A stretch of DNA of 64,000 nt from Octopus bimaculoides (GCF_001194135.2 NC_068981.1:55725031-55789030); one strand, 5' to 3'. Positions 1 to 11,916 are shown, counted from the first letter of the stretch. The notes: generated by a model from the letters alone, not told the origin. Program-made: numbers and translations.

Positions 1-828
1 CTTGTTTAATTTGAAGATATTCTTCAACCAGCATATCTATAGTCAAAAGTGGTCCAGCTCTGTCCATCTCTTTTTCCAAAGTACCTAAGTGTATTACAAA
101 ATGCACTCCCCTTTCTCTTTTTCTTTTTTAAAACAAAAGCTGTTTGAGTGACGATCACAGGTTGTTTTATCGTCATACTGATCAGAAAATCTTTCGCACT
201 GACATTTCTTAATTATTCTGTCATAGTGTGTCTGACTGTGCTCTACCCATGCCAGTTAATTGGTTACTTTGAAGTCCAGAATTTACATTGGTTTGCTGGT
301 TCTCAATTCAGAGTGATACAATCATTAACTATGTCAGTACCATCGTTCATTTCCTCTATTAATTTGTTGGACATCTCATATTCCAATGATTACCTTAACC
401 TCTTCTCCAACTTTTACTAACTCATTGATTCCTACTCCTACCTTAATTTCTCTTCTTTTTCTTCATCACATCAAATCAGCTATCCCCTTATTTGGTTAAA
501 TTCTGAAGCTGAGTTTAACCAAATGCTCCACTTTCTCATACGTAGCTAAATCCCATTTGCCATCAAGGAAGTTGAGCTATTGCACCTCTGGCCTTTTCTC
601 CATACCTGTCCAACTGTAATGTCAGTTTTCATCTTTCATTAATTGATGCTGAAATACCTTTAAAAAAATATCACCTTAAACATTATTATAAATTTAGAGC
701 TTGGTATAATCTTCTAACTTGCCAGCTTCTTTCAAACTGTCGAACCCATGATGATGAATTTCTAAGTATGTTCATATATTTCGGATAGATATTTATAAAT
801 AATAAAAAACTACATCCATCTCTCACAG

Positions 829-993
829 TTAAGTATGGCTTGCTATCAGAGTGTGTCATGCTTTTGCTAATACTTTTAGTTGTTCAGTCACAAGCAGACA
901 CAGATATCCTCTCAACATTCCTATCCTTAACAGAGCAGAGCATCCCAAATGTGTCAGCTGGATGCAAAAAAGAGCTCCACCAGCATTTGGCTG
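829..993 (+). other. Candidate orphan coding exon with signal-peptide-like sequence
   Basis: tctctcacag| 165-nt open phase-1/phase-1 exon xKYGLLSECVMLLLILLVVQSQADTDILSTFLSLTEQSIPNVSAGCKKELHQHLA |GTACGT. Confidence 0.35.
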
Positions 994-2464
994 GTACGTT
1001 TCAATCTGTCTCGAAAAAATTAACACCAAAGGTGACTTCAACAGGATTTGAACTTGGAGCTCAGAGGGTCAGAACAAATATTGTAATACATTCTACCTGA
1101 CATGCTAACTGATCTGCCAGTTTTGGTTAGGTATGAAATGTGGATTTGAGTTTCTTAAAATTACCTACAGCTGTATGTTTACATTTGATATACATTAATA
1201 AGGTATGTCTTAATTCAGTAAAATATAGAAACAATCTTAGCTACCATATTTTCAACAGTATAAATGTACCATTTTAATTGGAAAATCTTGCTGACCACTA
1301 CATTTATATTTAGAGAATGATCAGAATAAAATGATAGTGCATTCTTTGAAAAAGTGATAAGAAACAACCTACAAATCAATATATTTTAAGATTCTATTTT
1401 AATGAGATTGCATAATTTTCTACAATTATATATTCTCATACAGAGTGAGTTTCACAAATACTGAATTAACTATTTGAATGTTCTAGTAGATACATTGTCA
1501 TTCAGTGGAGTTTTGTTATGGTTTACTTAAGCATCATTTTGTCATCTATTTATGATGCTCACATATCATCCTCTCAAATAAATATGAACAGTATGCAACT
1601 AGAACTGTTGAGGTTGTTACAACTGTTAGACCTTCTTATCACTCCTGCACATTTTCAATACAGTCAAAGATTTGTCTTCTTTTTCAAGACTAGAAAATAC
1701 TTCACTCCATCTCCCATCTACTACAACCCCTCTCAAAGCTTGAATGAAACATTGCTTCCGCAACTGGGATGGTGCTGTTGCTATTACACATACATTTTAG
1801 ACCACATCCAAAGAAAGGCCAGCCAACTGTTGCCATTAAGTTGTTCACTAACACATTCCAACTTCAAGCTTACAGACATGTTCTCCTCTCTGCTTTTTCT
1901 CCTACTACAGTGAACTCTATACTTCAAAACACTCAGGTACACAACTGACTTAGCTTTTGTTCTTGTTACCATAATAGAAACCTTCTTCAGAACAAGTCCT
2001 CTGGAATTCCCTCCTTGAACATTTTTCCTGCAGCTGTTAACTTGCAACTATTTAAAAGAAACATTAACTGTATCAATCTCATATGTCTTGGAGAGCAAAG
2101 CCCTTTAATCTAGACCAATTAAATAAAAAAAAGGGAAAGAAAACATACTTTCATTTATATTATCTATTGTAGGAGTTTGATACTGTGCACAGAGAAAGGT
2201 ATACAAAATATATAGGAATAATATGGCAAATTGAGAGAGGATAGGTACTTCAAATGCTTGAAATGTAAATGAGTAATTATCAGTAACACATACATTAAAT
2301 GTACTGCTAGTCAAATACTGTGCATATAAAAGACATAATGGGATCTCAGAAAGATCGCCAGTATGGAATAATGAACATGACAGTAAAGTGATAAAATCCA
2401 AACAAATTAATTTATTTTAAAATATATAATTTGTAGAAAACATCTGACTAGAGATAATGTACAT

Positions 2465-3448
2465 TTATGGTTTCTCTCCTGTGTGGGTTCGTTTATGTTT
2501 AGTTAAATTATCACTTCTAGAAAATGTTTCATCACAGATATCACAGTGGTATGGTTTTTCACCTGTATGAATACGTTTGTGTCGAGCAAAATGACTGTTT
2601 TGTGAGAATGTTTTACCACAAATATCACAGTGGTATGGTCTTACTCCTGTGTGAATACGAACGTGGCGAGACAAATTAGCACTTCCGGAACATGTTTTAC
2701 CACAAATATCACAGTCATAAGGTCTTTCTTCTGTGTGAATGCGTTTGTGACGAGTCAACTCAAAACTTCCAGAGTATGTCTTACCACAAATATCACAGTA
2801 ATATGGTCTTTTTCCTGTGTGAATGCGTTTATGGGAAGCTAAAGTACTAGATATGGAGAATGATTTGCCACAGACATCACAATGATATGGTTTTTCCCCT
2901 GTATGAATACGTTTATGGGTCACTAAATTACTGGTTACAGAGAATGCCTTACCACAGACATCACAACAGTATGGTTTCTCTCTGGTGTGAGTGCGTTTGT
3001 GGGCAACTAAGTGACCATTCTCAGAAAAAGCTTTACCACAGTCATCACAATGGTATGGTTTCTCTCCTGTGTGAACACGTATGTGTCGAGAGAAACTATC
3101 TTTCTGGGAGAAATTTTTACCACAAATATCACAGTGGTATGGTTTTCTTCCTGTATGAATATGTTTGTGTCGAGAGAAATTACTACTTTGAGAAAATGAT
3201 TTACCACAAATATCACAGTGGTATGGTTTCTCTCCTGTGGGAATACACTCATGGGAAGCTAAAGTACTACCTTCTGAGAATATTTTACCACAAATATCAC
3301 AGGAGTGAATTTCTTTTCCTGCATCAGCACATTTATGGCTTGTAGTGAATAGCTTTCCACATTTATCACAAGGGTGTGGTTTCACTTCTGTATTTTCCTG
3401 TGTCTGATTAGATGACTCAGTAGTTTCATGTTCTGATTTTTCATCCAT
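2465..3448 (-). CDS. C2H2 zinc-finger protein, paralogue 1 (327 aa, single coding exon; 9 canonical and 2 degenerate N-terminal fingers)
   Basis: Open frame MDEKSEHE... with repeated CxxC-x12-H-x3-H units and TGEKPY linkers. AATAAA on the minus strand at 2411-2416. Upstream splice acceptor ttttattgcag|gttatcag puts the exon start at 3855. Confidence 0.93.
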   Translation of the reverse strand: MDEKSEHETTESSNQTQENTEVKPHPCDKCGKLFTTSHKCADAGKEIHSCDICGKIFSEGSTLASHECIPTGEKPYHCDICGKSFSQSSNFSRHKHIHTGRKPYHCDICGKNFSQKDSFSRHIRVHTGEKPYHCDDCGKAFSENGHLVAHKRTHTREKPYCCDVCGKAFSVTSNLVTHKRIHTGEKPYHCDVCGKSFSISSTLASHKRIHTGKRPYYCDICGKTYSGSFELTRHKRIHTEERPYDCDICGKTCSGSANLSRHVRIHTGVRPYHCDICGKTFSQNSHFARHKRIHTGEKPYHCDICDETFSRSDNLTKHKRTHTGEKP

Positions 3449-4093
3449 TTTTTTCTTTTTAATCTATATTGTTTATGTATGATGGTCTTTGTTCAACTCG
3501 AAGAGTGTCAGGTCTTAAGAAAGAACTTCAAGTGGATTTATTTGAATTGAACCTTGACATTAAAAGCCAACAACTAAATGGTTATTAAATTATCTCTAGT
3601 TAACAATCATATCTAGATATCAAAGTCATTACATGAGAGAAGTAAAGCTTCATGGTAAATCTCCAATGTTTAATAGGAAGAGAGAATCTTCTGGTAGAAA
3701 TTTGTAAAAGAATTCTTGCAATTTTTCACATCCATTCAGCCAAGAATTGTAGATACTTGCTGACTTCAGCTTGAAATTAATTTCGATTTTCTGTAGTTGT
3801 TAAATGTGCTGGTAATGTTACGTGAAATATTTTAATTTCAATGTCATCTGATAACCTGCAATAAAAGACAACAAAAGATATATGGAACAAGGAAGAGTTA
3901 ACATTGAAGTGAAGATATTGAGTACATGTACAGAAATCTATGACAAGTCAGAACATATTTACATAGAAAAGAAACTTTGATATTTAGATGCAGCAGAAAT
4001 GAATAGCAAAGACTGAGGGTGTGGATCTTGAAATGATGACCCTAGTGACCACTGGTCACAATACTGAACTGTGTATTGTGTTACTACAACTAT

Positions 4094-4322
4094 TTAACCC
4101 TTTTGTTACCATATTTGTCAATTTCTATTGAAATACACTGCTTTGTTTCAAATTCTTAAAATAATGAACTTAACAGAATATCTTGGTCATTATGAAGCTG
4201 GCATTTGGAACATAAATTTGCATAAAATTTTGAAGGAAGATTTTAATTTAAACTCCTTTTAAACAAGATGTTAGAATCATAGAACCAGGGCAGTTTCAGA
4301 AGGGTTGATACCAAAAAGTTAA
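4094..4322. mobile_element. TTAA-flanked MITE (piggyBac-like ends), family A; inverted copy at 4525-4752, partial copy at about 25455-25597
   Basis: TTAAccctttt(g)ttacc...ccaaaaagTTAA; the reverse complement of 4525-4752 aligns along its length. Confidence 0.7.
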
Positions 4323-6108
4323 ATTATTACAAATTTAATAAACAAAAACATATGTAACAGATGCAAAATGGATAACTTTACTTGGTTGAAACTTTTATTG
4401 TCTGTCTCTTCAGATATATCCTACTCAATTCCAGAATATAAAACGTTTTTGTCTTATAACAACTGGACGACTATGTACTTGATTGAAGTTTCCAAAATTC
4501 ACAACAATTAAGTTCTCTTCTTAATTAACTCTTTTACTACCAACCTGCTCATGGCTGCCCTGGATCTATGATACAAACTTCTCGTTTAAAAGTGATATAA
4601 ATTAAAACTTTCCATCAAAATTTAGTGTTGATTTATGTTCCAAACATCACTTTAATAACAGAAAAGTTGTTTCAGTAAATACTTCATTACTTTCAATATT
4701 AATTGATACAGAGGAAGTATATTTCAACAGAAATTTTGTAATAAAAGGGTTTTCTGAATGCCATTGAAACATTCAAAAACAACTGTACTCATGTTTGCTA
4801 GATTTCTTTCCAAAAGAAGTCTTCCATATAAGTAATTTACTGTATAATCAACAAAAGTAGATTATACTGCATATATCTATCTGGATTGCATCTATAAAAG
4901 TATCATTTGTTATCATTTTTATCAATTGACATTTCTAATACTGACCAAGCTCCAACAGATATGGTATTGTCAGTCTTCATTCACAGAAGGCCATGTCAAG
5001 TATTGAAACTGATGGTAACTCCCTATAGCTTCTCAAACACTAAATTGCTTTTACAACTACACAACTTACAAAAATCATATGTATAACTGAATTTTTCATT
5101 TCAAATTCCAGTTAGAATTGTTTGCCAAACTTGATTTGTTTCTGTATTATTAATCACTAATAGTATGAATATCAACAAAGCATATTTATTTCCAGTTATC
5201 GCTTGTGAGATAATTCTATGAAGAAACAATTCAGTCTGCCTTGAGACTGTTCATATACAAGCAGTAGAAATACGTTACATGTGGTTTCAAAATCTTAGAA
5301 AAGAATTATAACACTGTTGTTTGCTATTAGGCTGGATTTAGAGTTTTGATTTTAGATCCGAACGATATCCCCCAAAGTTAACGCAGCACTATTCGATATA
5401 GTTTTCCTGAGATTTCCTCAATTGTTATTTATCTCATTAACATAGGTTTCTGTCCAAGTAGTTTCTATTATTCAAAAATCTTTTTCTCACACAAATATTA
5501 AAAGTTCAGTATCCAATAATCACACATTATCACAATATATCATCTATGCTAATAGATTTTGTTTTCCCACTTGTATTTACAGTATCATCTGTCAATTGTA
5601 TAGCAGGATACCACCTGAAAGGTTAAGCCGAAATGTAGCAGAACCAGTTACAACCACAAATTAATGCACTTCACAGTGACTAGAACTCCACTGGCTTAAC
5701 CCTGAAACTATCGGTGCCTGTCTTAACAGAAAATAGTAAGGCTTTGCACTGATGTACAAACCAAGCAAGCAAGAACTACCAATTACCGGTTTGGGATCTC
5801 AGGTATTGATGGAATACAATAGTAAAGTACACGAAGTCTCGTAATATGTGCTTACCCAAAGTGTGCAACCTCGCATCGACAGACTATCACCCAGGGCAAA
5901 TACCGTCGATGTCTACCCGTATGTACACATATACGGAGTAATTATTCATATAGTAATGTTGATGGCTAAGACTAATTCCATCGTTTTTCCATGTCGGTGA
6001 TTGTAGAATCACCGGCAAAGAGCGGACCATCGAGGAGAGAAAGACAGACTGCAAAGATTCGAGAAGAGAAGAAAAAACTCAGAACCAGATCAGTTAAAGT
6101 TTAGACAG

Positions 6109-7206
6109 TGTCATGTGACAACTTGCTAGGGCAGCCTGCTGGAGCCTAGCAGCAGGTATAAAAAGGGGAATTTGACAAGACAGTCAGTCGGACGCTGACG
6201 CTGCATCGAAGAGGCCAGGGAATAGAAGAAAGAAGACATGCACCCAACACCAGAGCTGNNNNNNNNNNNNNNNNNNNNNNNNNNNNNNNNNNNNNNNNNN
6301 NNNNNNNNNNNNNNNNNNNNNNNNNNNNNNNNNNNNNNNNNNNNNNNNNNNNNNNNNNNNNNNNNNNNNNNNNNNNNNNNNNNNNNNNNNNNNNNNNNNN
6401 NNNNNNNNNNNNNNNNNNNNNNNNNNNNNNNNNNNNNNNNNNNNNNNNNNNNNNNNNNNNNNNNNNNNNNNNNNNNNNNNNNNNNNNNNNNNNNNNNNNN
6501 NNNNNNNNNNNNNNNNNNNNNNNNNNNNNNNNNNNNNNNNNNNNNNNNNNNNNNNNNNNNNNNNNNNNNNNNNNNNNNNNNNNNNNNNNNNNNNNNNNNN
6601 NNNNNNNNNNNNNNNNNNNNNNNNNNNNNNNNNNNNNNNNNNNNNNNNNNNNNNNNNNNNNNNNNNNNNNNNNNNNNNNNNNNNNNNNNNNNNNNNNNNN
6701 NNNNNNNNNNNNNNNNNNNNNNNNNNNNNNNNNNNNNNNNNNNNNNNNNNNNNNNNNNNNNNNNNNNNNNNNNNNNNNNNNNNNNNNNNNNNNNNNNNNN
6801 NNNNNNNNNNNNNNNNNNNNNNNNNNNNNNNNNNNNNNNNNNNNNNNNNNNNNNNNNNNNNNNNNNNNNNNNNNNNNNNNNNNNNNNNNNNNNNNNNNNN
6901 NNNNNNNNNNNNNNNNNNNNNNNNNNNNNNNNNNNNNNNNNNNNNNNNNNNNNNNNNNNNNNNNNNNNNNNNNNNNNNNNNNNNNNNNNNNNNNNNNNNN
7001 NNNNNNNNNNNNNNNNNNNNNNNNNNNNNNNNNNNNNNNNNNNNNNNNNNNNNNNNNNNNNNNNNNNNNNNNNNNNNNNNNNNNNNNNNNNNNNNNNNNN
7101 NNNNNNNNNNNNNNNNNNNNNNNNNNNNNNNNNNTAGTAAAAGAAAATGTCAGCAGGCGAATGAAAAACATGGATTAGCGTGACGATGCCAACGGCTGCT
7201 TTGACA
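6109..7206 (+). mobile_element. Possible LTR-like element interrupted by an N gap
   Basis: Starts TGTCA, ends TGACA, TATAAAAA at 6157-6164, AGTAAA after the gap; no TSD seen. Confidence 0.35.
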
Positions 7207-7489
7207 GCACCTTGAGACAAAGAGAGAAAATACCTGTTATTAATATCATACCAACATATCATTTAACACTTTTATCCTTTTGTTTATCTTTTACAACGTA
7301 AATCGCTGATTATATTTAAATAGTTAAAAAAAAATAATAGATGAGGACCGAAAGAATTGCAAAATATGAAACATTTCCGAAAACTTGATTAACTATAAAG
7401 AGACAAAAAAAAAAAAACAGGATCTGGTAGAGAGCGGGAATGATGAAAATGGAGTAAAAATGCAAATATAAAATAGTAAGTTTCTATAA

Positions 7490-7830
7490 AAGAAATACTT
7501 AAAATATTTTAATGATACTTACATAATAATGTAGTTAGAAGATAAAATAATGCGAGCAGTATTGAGTAGCTAGACTTGCAAATTGATGAGAATATCGAGA
7601 GATTTAACCAATTCCTTCAGGTACCACTTACAAGATATATCTATTTCTTTTTGCCTTATGAACAATCTTTTATTTTAACTAGAGCAGTTAATTTGTTATT
7701 ATTAAAGCAGTGTAAAGAGAAAGCACTATACCTAACAATGTTTAAAGATTTAGCAGCGGATGACATAGCGGAAGTGACATTGAACATAGGGGAAGAATTC
7801 AACTCCAATCAGTAGAGAGTGTTACAACAA
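7490..7830. promoter_or_regulatory. Conserved upstream block of zinc-finger paralogue 1 with CCAAT box (7805-7809)
   Basis: taatgatact(t/c)acataataat... and ctccaatcagtagagagtg are shared with 16650-16945. Confidence 0.5.
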
Positions 7831-8318
7831 CAGAAATCTAACCATGTGCATCAGGATTACATTAGCCTTTCTGTTTTTAAGACAATGTGTAGATTGAAGC
7901 AAATCTGGGCGAAAGTAAAGAATACGTACACTCGGCGTTTAATGTTTAGGGTAAGGGTTTTTGTTATGCCGAAAACGAGTGGTGTACGTATTCGTTACCT
8001 CCGCCCAAATCAGTAATAGTTTAAGTGGCTACGTAGGTTTCTTCATCACAAAGGTCAAATTTTTTTAATACTTTTCGTCTCGAAAGATGGAGCTAATGCA
8101 GTTTCGCACCTCTTCTTGAAAAATGCATGTTTTTCAAAAAGATTTGGCAAGACTTCCTTTTACCCCCCCCCCCCNNNNNNNNNNNNNNNNAAAAAAAAAA
8201 TAAATAAGCATATCTATATGCTTATTGAATTAAAAATTTTGAAAACGTGGTTTCTGACATATTCGGAATTTCCGTCATCTAAAACATAAGGAAAAAAAAT
8301 TTGGCAATGATCCTGCTC

Positions 8319-10090
8319 GGACGGTGCTCTTAGCATTCCACTGGTACAGGTGCCATCACGATTTCGATTTCACTTGCCCCAGAAGGTCTGCGCAAGCCGA
8401 GTTTAGTGTCTAATGAAGGAGAGGTTGGCATGGGTGCCAGTCGTCGAATTTAGTTCGATTTCGATTTCACTTGCCTCAACAGGTCTTTGCAAAGGAAAGG
8501 TACACATAAATGGGCTGGTTACACCCCTGGCAGAGGCCTCGGATTATGGTCTCACTTGGCTTACCGGGTCTTCTCACGCACAGCATATTTCCAAAGGTCT
8601 CGGTCACGAGTCATTGCTTCGGTGAGGCCCAATGTTCGAAGGTCGTGCTTCACCACTTCATCCCAGGTTCCCTCAACCGCTAGGGTGTGGCACTTTTTCA
8701 CACAGCTATCCTCATCCATTCTCGCCACATGACCATACCAGCACACCACAACTGATGCTTCTTAGGTTCAACTTTTCTCTCAAGATACTTACACTCTGTT
8801 GTATATGCACACTGACATTACACATCCATCGGAACATACTAGCTTCATTGCTTGTGAGCTTACGCATGTCCTCAGCAGTCACAGCCCATGTTTCACTGCC
8901 ATGAAGCATGGCTGTTCGTACACATGCGTCATACAGTCTGCCTTTTACTCTGAGTGAGAGGCCCTTTGTCACCAGCAGAGGTAAGAGCTCTCTGAACTTT
9001 GCCCAGACTATTCTTATTCTAGCAGCTACACTTTCAGTGCACCCTCCCCCACTATTGACTTGGTCACCTAGATAACAGAAGCTATCAACTACATCTAGTT
9101 TTTCTCCCTGGAATATGGCAGAAGTTGTTCTCTGCACATTTTCAGTGTTTATTGCTCCTGAACATCTGTCACATACAAAAGCTAACTTCCTAGTTAGCCT
9201 TCCTTTGATATTGTTGCACCTCTTATGTGTCCATAGCTTACACTGGGTACATCTTATAGAGTTTCTACCTACGCCTTTTCTGCAGATCGAGCAGAGCCAT
9301 CTACCTGAAGGGGTTTGTGTTTTGTCTACCTTCCTACTTATTAGGACTTTGGTTTTAGCTAGGTTGACTCGAAGGCCCTTCGATTCTAGTCCTTGCTTCC
9401 ACACCTGAAACTTCTCTAGTGACTCAGCAATTAGTGCAAGGTCATCAGCATTGAGGAGCTCTCAGGGGCATCCTGTCTTGAATTCTTGTGTTATTGCCTG
9501 GAGGACTATGATAAATAGGAGGGAGCTGAGAACTGAACCTTGGTGGACCCCTACCTCTTCCCGGAATTCTTCACTGTACTCATTACCAACCCTCACCTTA
9601 CTGACATCGTCCCTGTACATGGCTCGCATAGCTCTCACTAACTATTCATCTATCCCTAGTTTCCTCGTTGACCACCAGATAAGGGATCTGAGGCGGGGGG
9701 CTGCCAAAGGCTTTCTCCATGTCAATGAAAGTCAGGTACAGAAGTTTATCTTTGGCTCGGTATTTCTCCTGCAGCTGTCTTACCAGAAATATAGCATCAG
9801 TGGTGCTTTTCCCTGGCACGAACCCAAACTGCATCTCATCTAAACTGACTATCTCTCCAATTAGTTGGACTATGACCCTCTCTGTGACTTTCATTACCTC
9901 ACTCAACAACTTGATACCTCTGTAATTATTTGTATCTAAAGCGTCACCTTTACCTTTATAGCAGTTGACTATGGTGCTGGTACACCAGTCATTGGGTATG
10001 ACTCCTTCATGTATCACCTGGTTAACAATATGGGTGACTAGGCTATAGCCGACACTGCCAGATATTTGTATGCTGTAATGCAGAAATATC
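8319..10090 (-). mobile_element. RTE-clade LINE fragment (RT domain, C-terminus and part of the 3' UTR), frameshifted
   Basis: Minus-strand pieces NDWCTSTIVNCYKGKGDALD...NYRGIKLL, QFGFVPGKSTTDAIF, ADDL, LRVNLAKTKV, FCYLG, LHGSETW, WYGHVARM. Confidence 0.92.
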
Positions 10091-11701
10091 AAAATTAAAT
10101 ATTTGAAATATTTTAGAGGAAGTTAATAAGAGAAAGCAGTTTTAAAAGATTTATTTATCAGATATTTCTTTTCTTTAAACGCTCTCATTATTGAATATTT
10201 TACTTGTTTCCATTACAAGCATAAACATACTCAAAAATTAAAAGGTTGAATTTTGACAGATCAAGAATTAGGCTAATGCACCTGCTTATCTCCAATTGCC
10301 TTTACTACATAACATCGGTTTACATACTTCTACTTTTGATTGTTCAATATATTTAAGTTTGTATAGAAATAAAGGAAGGAAAATATTCAATAAGAGAATT
10401 TAAAGAATAAAAATATTCAATAAATAAACTGTTTGCTTACGTCTCCAATGCTGTATCCTTGCAGAAAAAATAAATGTTAGTGTATGTTTCTCAATAAAAT
10501 CACTTTTTAAAAAAATACCCTTTTAGAGTGTTTTTCTTGTTATTTTCCTTTAAAATATTTAAAAATTCAGTTTTGATATTTTGACATTATAACATCAAAA
10601 TAAGAAAACTTCAAATTTTCAGTATTCTGAATTGTTCAGTTTGAAGCTTTAGACAATCTGATTTTTTTTTGTGTGGAAAATTTGGTCTTAACAAATTTCA
10701 TAATAATCTATATCGACTGGTTTATTTCTGAGATGGAAAAGTGCAAAAACTGTCTCAGGCAATCAGGTAAGAATGGAGTTAACTTCCCTCCCAAAAGATG
10801 ATTGTAGTTCCAAAAGGACTACAATCCCTTTAAACATAAATTTTTTTTTTTTTTAAATCAGCATCAAATTTACTTTCAGTGTGCATGCTCTGAAAGGAGT
10901 GGGAGATGACACCTGATCAACAATAACAGGTGTTTTTGAAAAGATTTTAGTTCAGCAATGATTTTTTTTCAACAATCTGAGTATGCCATGAAGTTTCCAG
11001 ACGCGAGTTCTACTTGTGTCAAGTTTCATCAAAATCAATAAAATGATGTAGGAGGAGTTAGCTAATATCTCCACAGACAGAATTTCCCACATATGTAGTA
11101 TATATGAAATGGGAAGAGAGATATTTCTTATACATTTGGGGTAAATCACCCATCTACAGAAGAAAAGTAGTTAAATTATTAAGAAACAAGAGATCTGCTT
11201 TGTTCTTGGGGAAGTCATCTGAAATATGTAGAGAATTAATATATTAATTCTCTCTTTAAATTGTTAAAAGCTCTGGACATTATTTCTTTTATAGTTTTCA
11301 TTTATTACAATACTACCACACTCTTATACACATACACACAGAGATAAAGGTATGGATGACAGATGGGTGATAAAGGGATGTGTTGAGAGGGACATGAGAT
11401 AGAGGGGCAAATAATACAAGTGTTAGAAAGGTGAGAGACTATCATAGGCCAACAATAAAGATTTGACACTATGCAGATATACATACATGCACACATATAC
11501 ATAATGATGCACACCTATCTGTGTGTATGTATATGATTTTAGAAGAAAAGTCAGCATGCCAAAAATCAAAGAGATAATTAGTAATTCAAAATAAGAAACC
11601 CCAGTAGCTTGCTCAACATTAAGACAGAAGCAGCTAAAAGTTCAATACCAGATAAAAAAGCACACTTCAGATACTCTAGATACACTGGCATAATTAATAT
11701 T

Positions 11702-11916
11702 GATTTCAAATTTTGACACAAGACCATCAAGTTTGAGATGGGGAAGTTGATTTCTTCGACTCTAGTGCTCAACTGGTACTTAATTTATCAACTCTGAAAG
11801 GGTGAAAGGCAAAGTTGATCTTGGCAGAGTTTGAACTCAGATATAAAGATAGACAAAATGCTGCTAAACATTTTTTACCCAGCATGCTAACACTTCTACC
11901 AGCTTGCCACTTTACA
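11702..11916 (-). repeat. Second SINE family copy with 15-bp target-site duplication; other copies at 52055-52278(-), 59215-59400(+), 28700-28830(+), about 1020-1125(-)
   Basis: GGCATAATTAATATT direct repeat at 11687-11701 and 11917-11931; minus-strand head gctggtagaagtgttagcatgctggg...ttctgagttcaaa. Confidence 0.85.

Noticed and set aside
148-420. 90-aa hydrophobic ORF (and similar ORFs at 1518-1913 and 41762-42112)
   Set aside because: No recognisable motif or splice context; typical of AT-rich non-coding or eroded repeat DNA.
2630-3345. Plus-strand and alternate-frame ORFs over zinc-finger paralogue 1 (also 11995-12339 and 12759-12959)
   Set aside because: Shadows of the 84-nt finger periodicity.
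2465-3400. Regular 84-nt repeats as a CRISPR-like array
   Set aside because: They are coding zinc-finger units; no spacers or cas genes; eukaryotic context.
6126-7262. Long ORFs spanning N runs (also 59663-60147 and 61601-62681)
   Set aside because: Artefacts of assembly gaps and flanking microsatellites.
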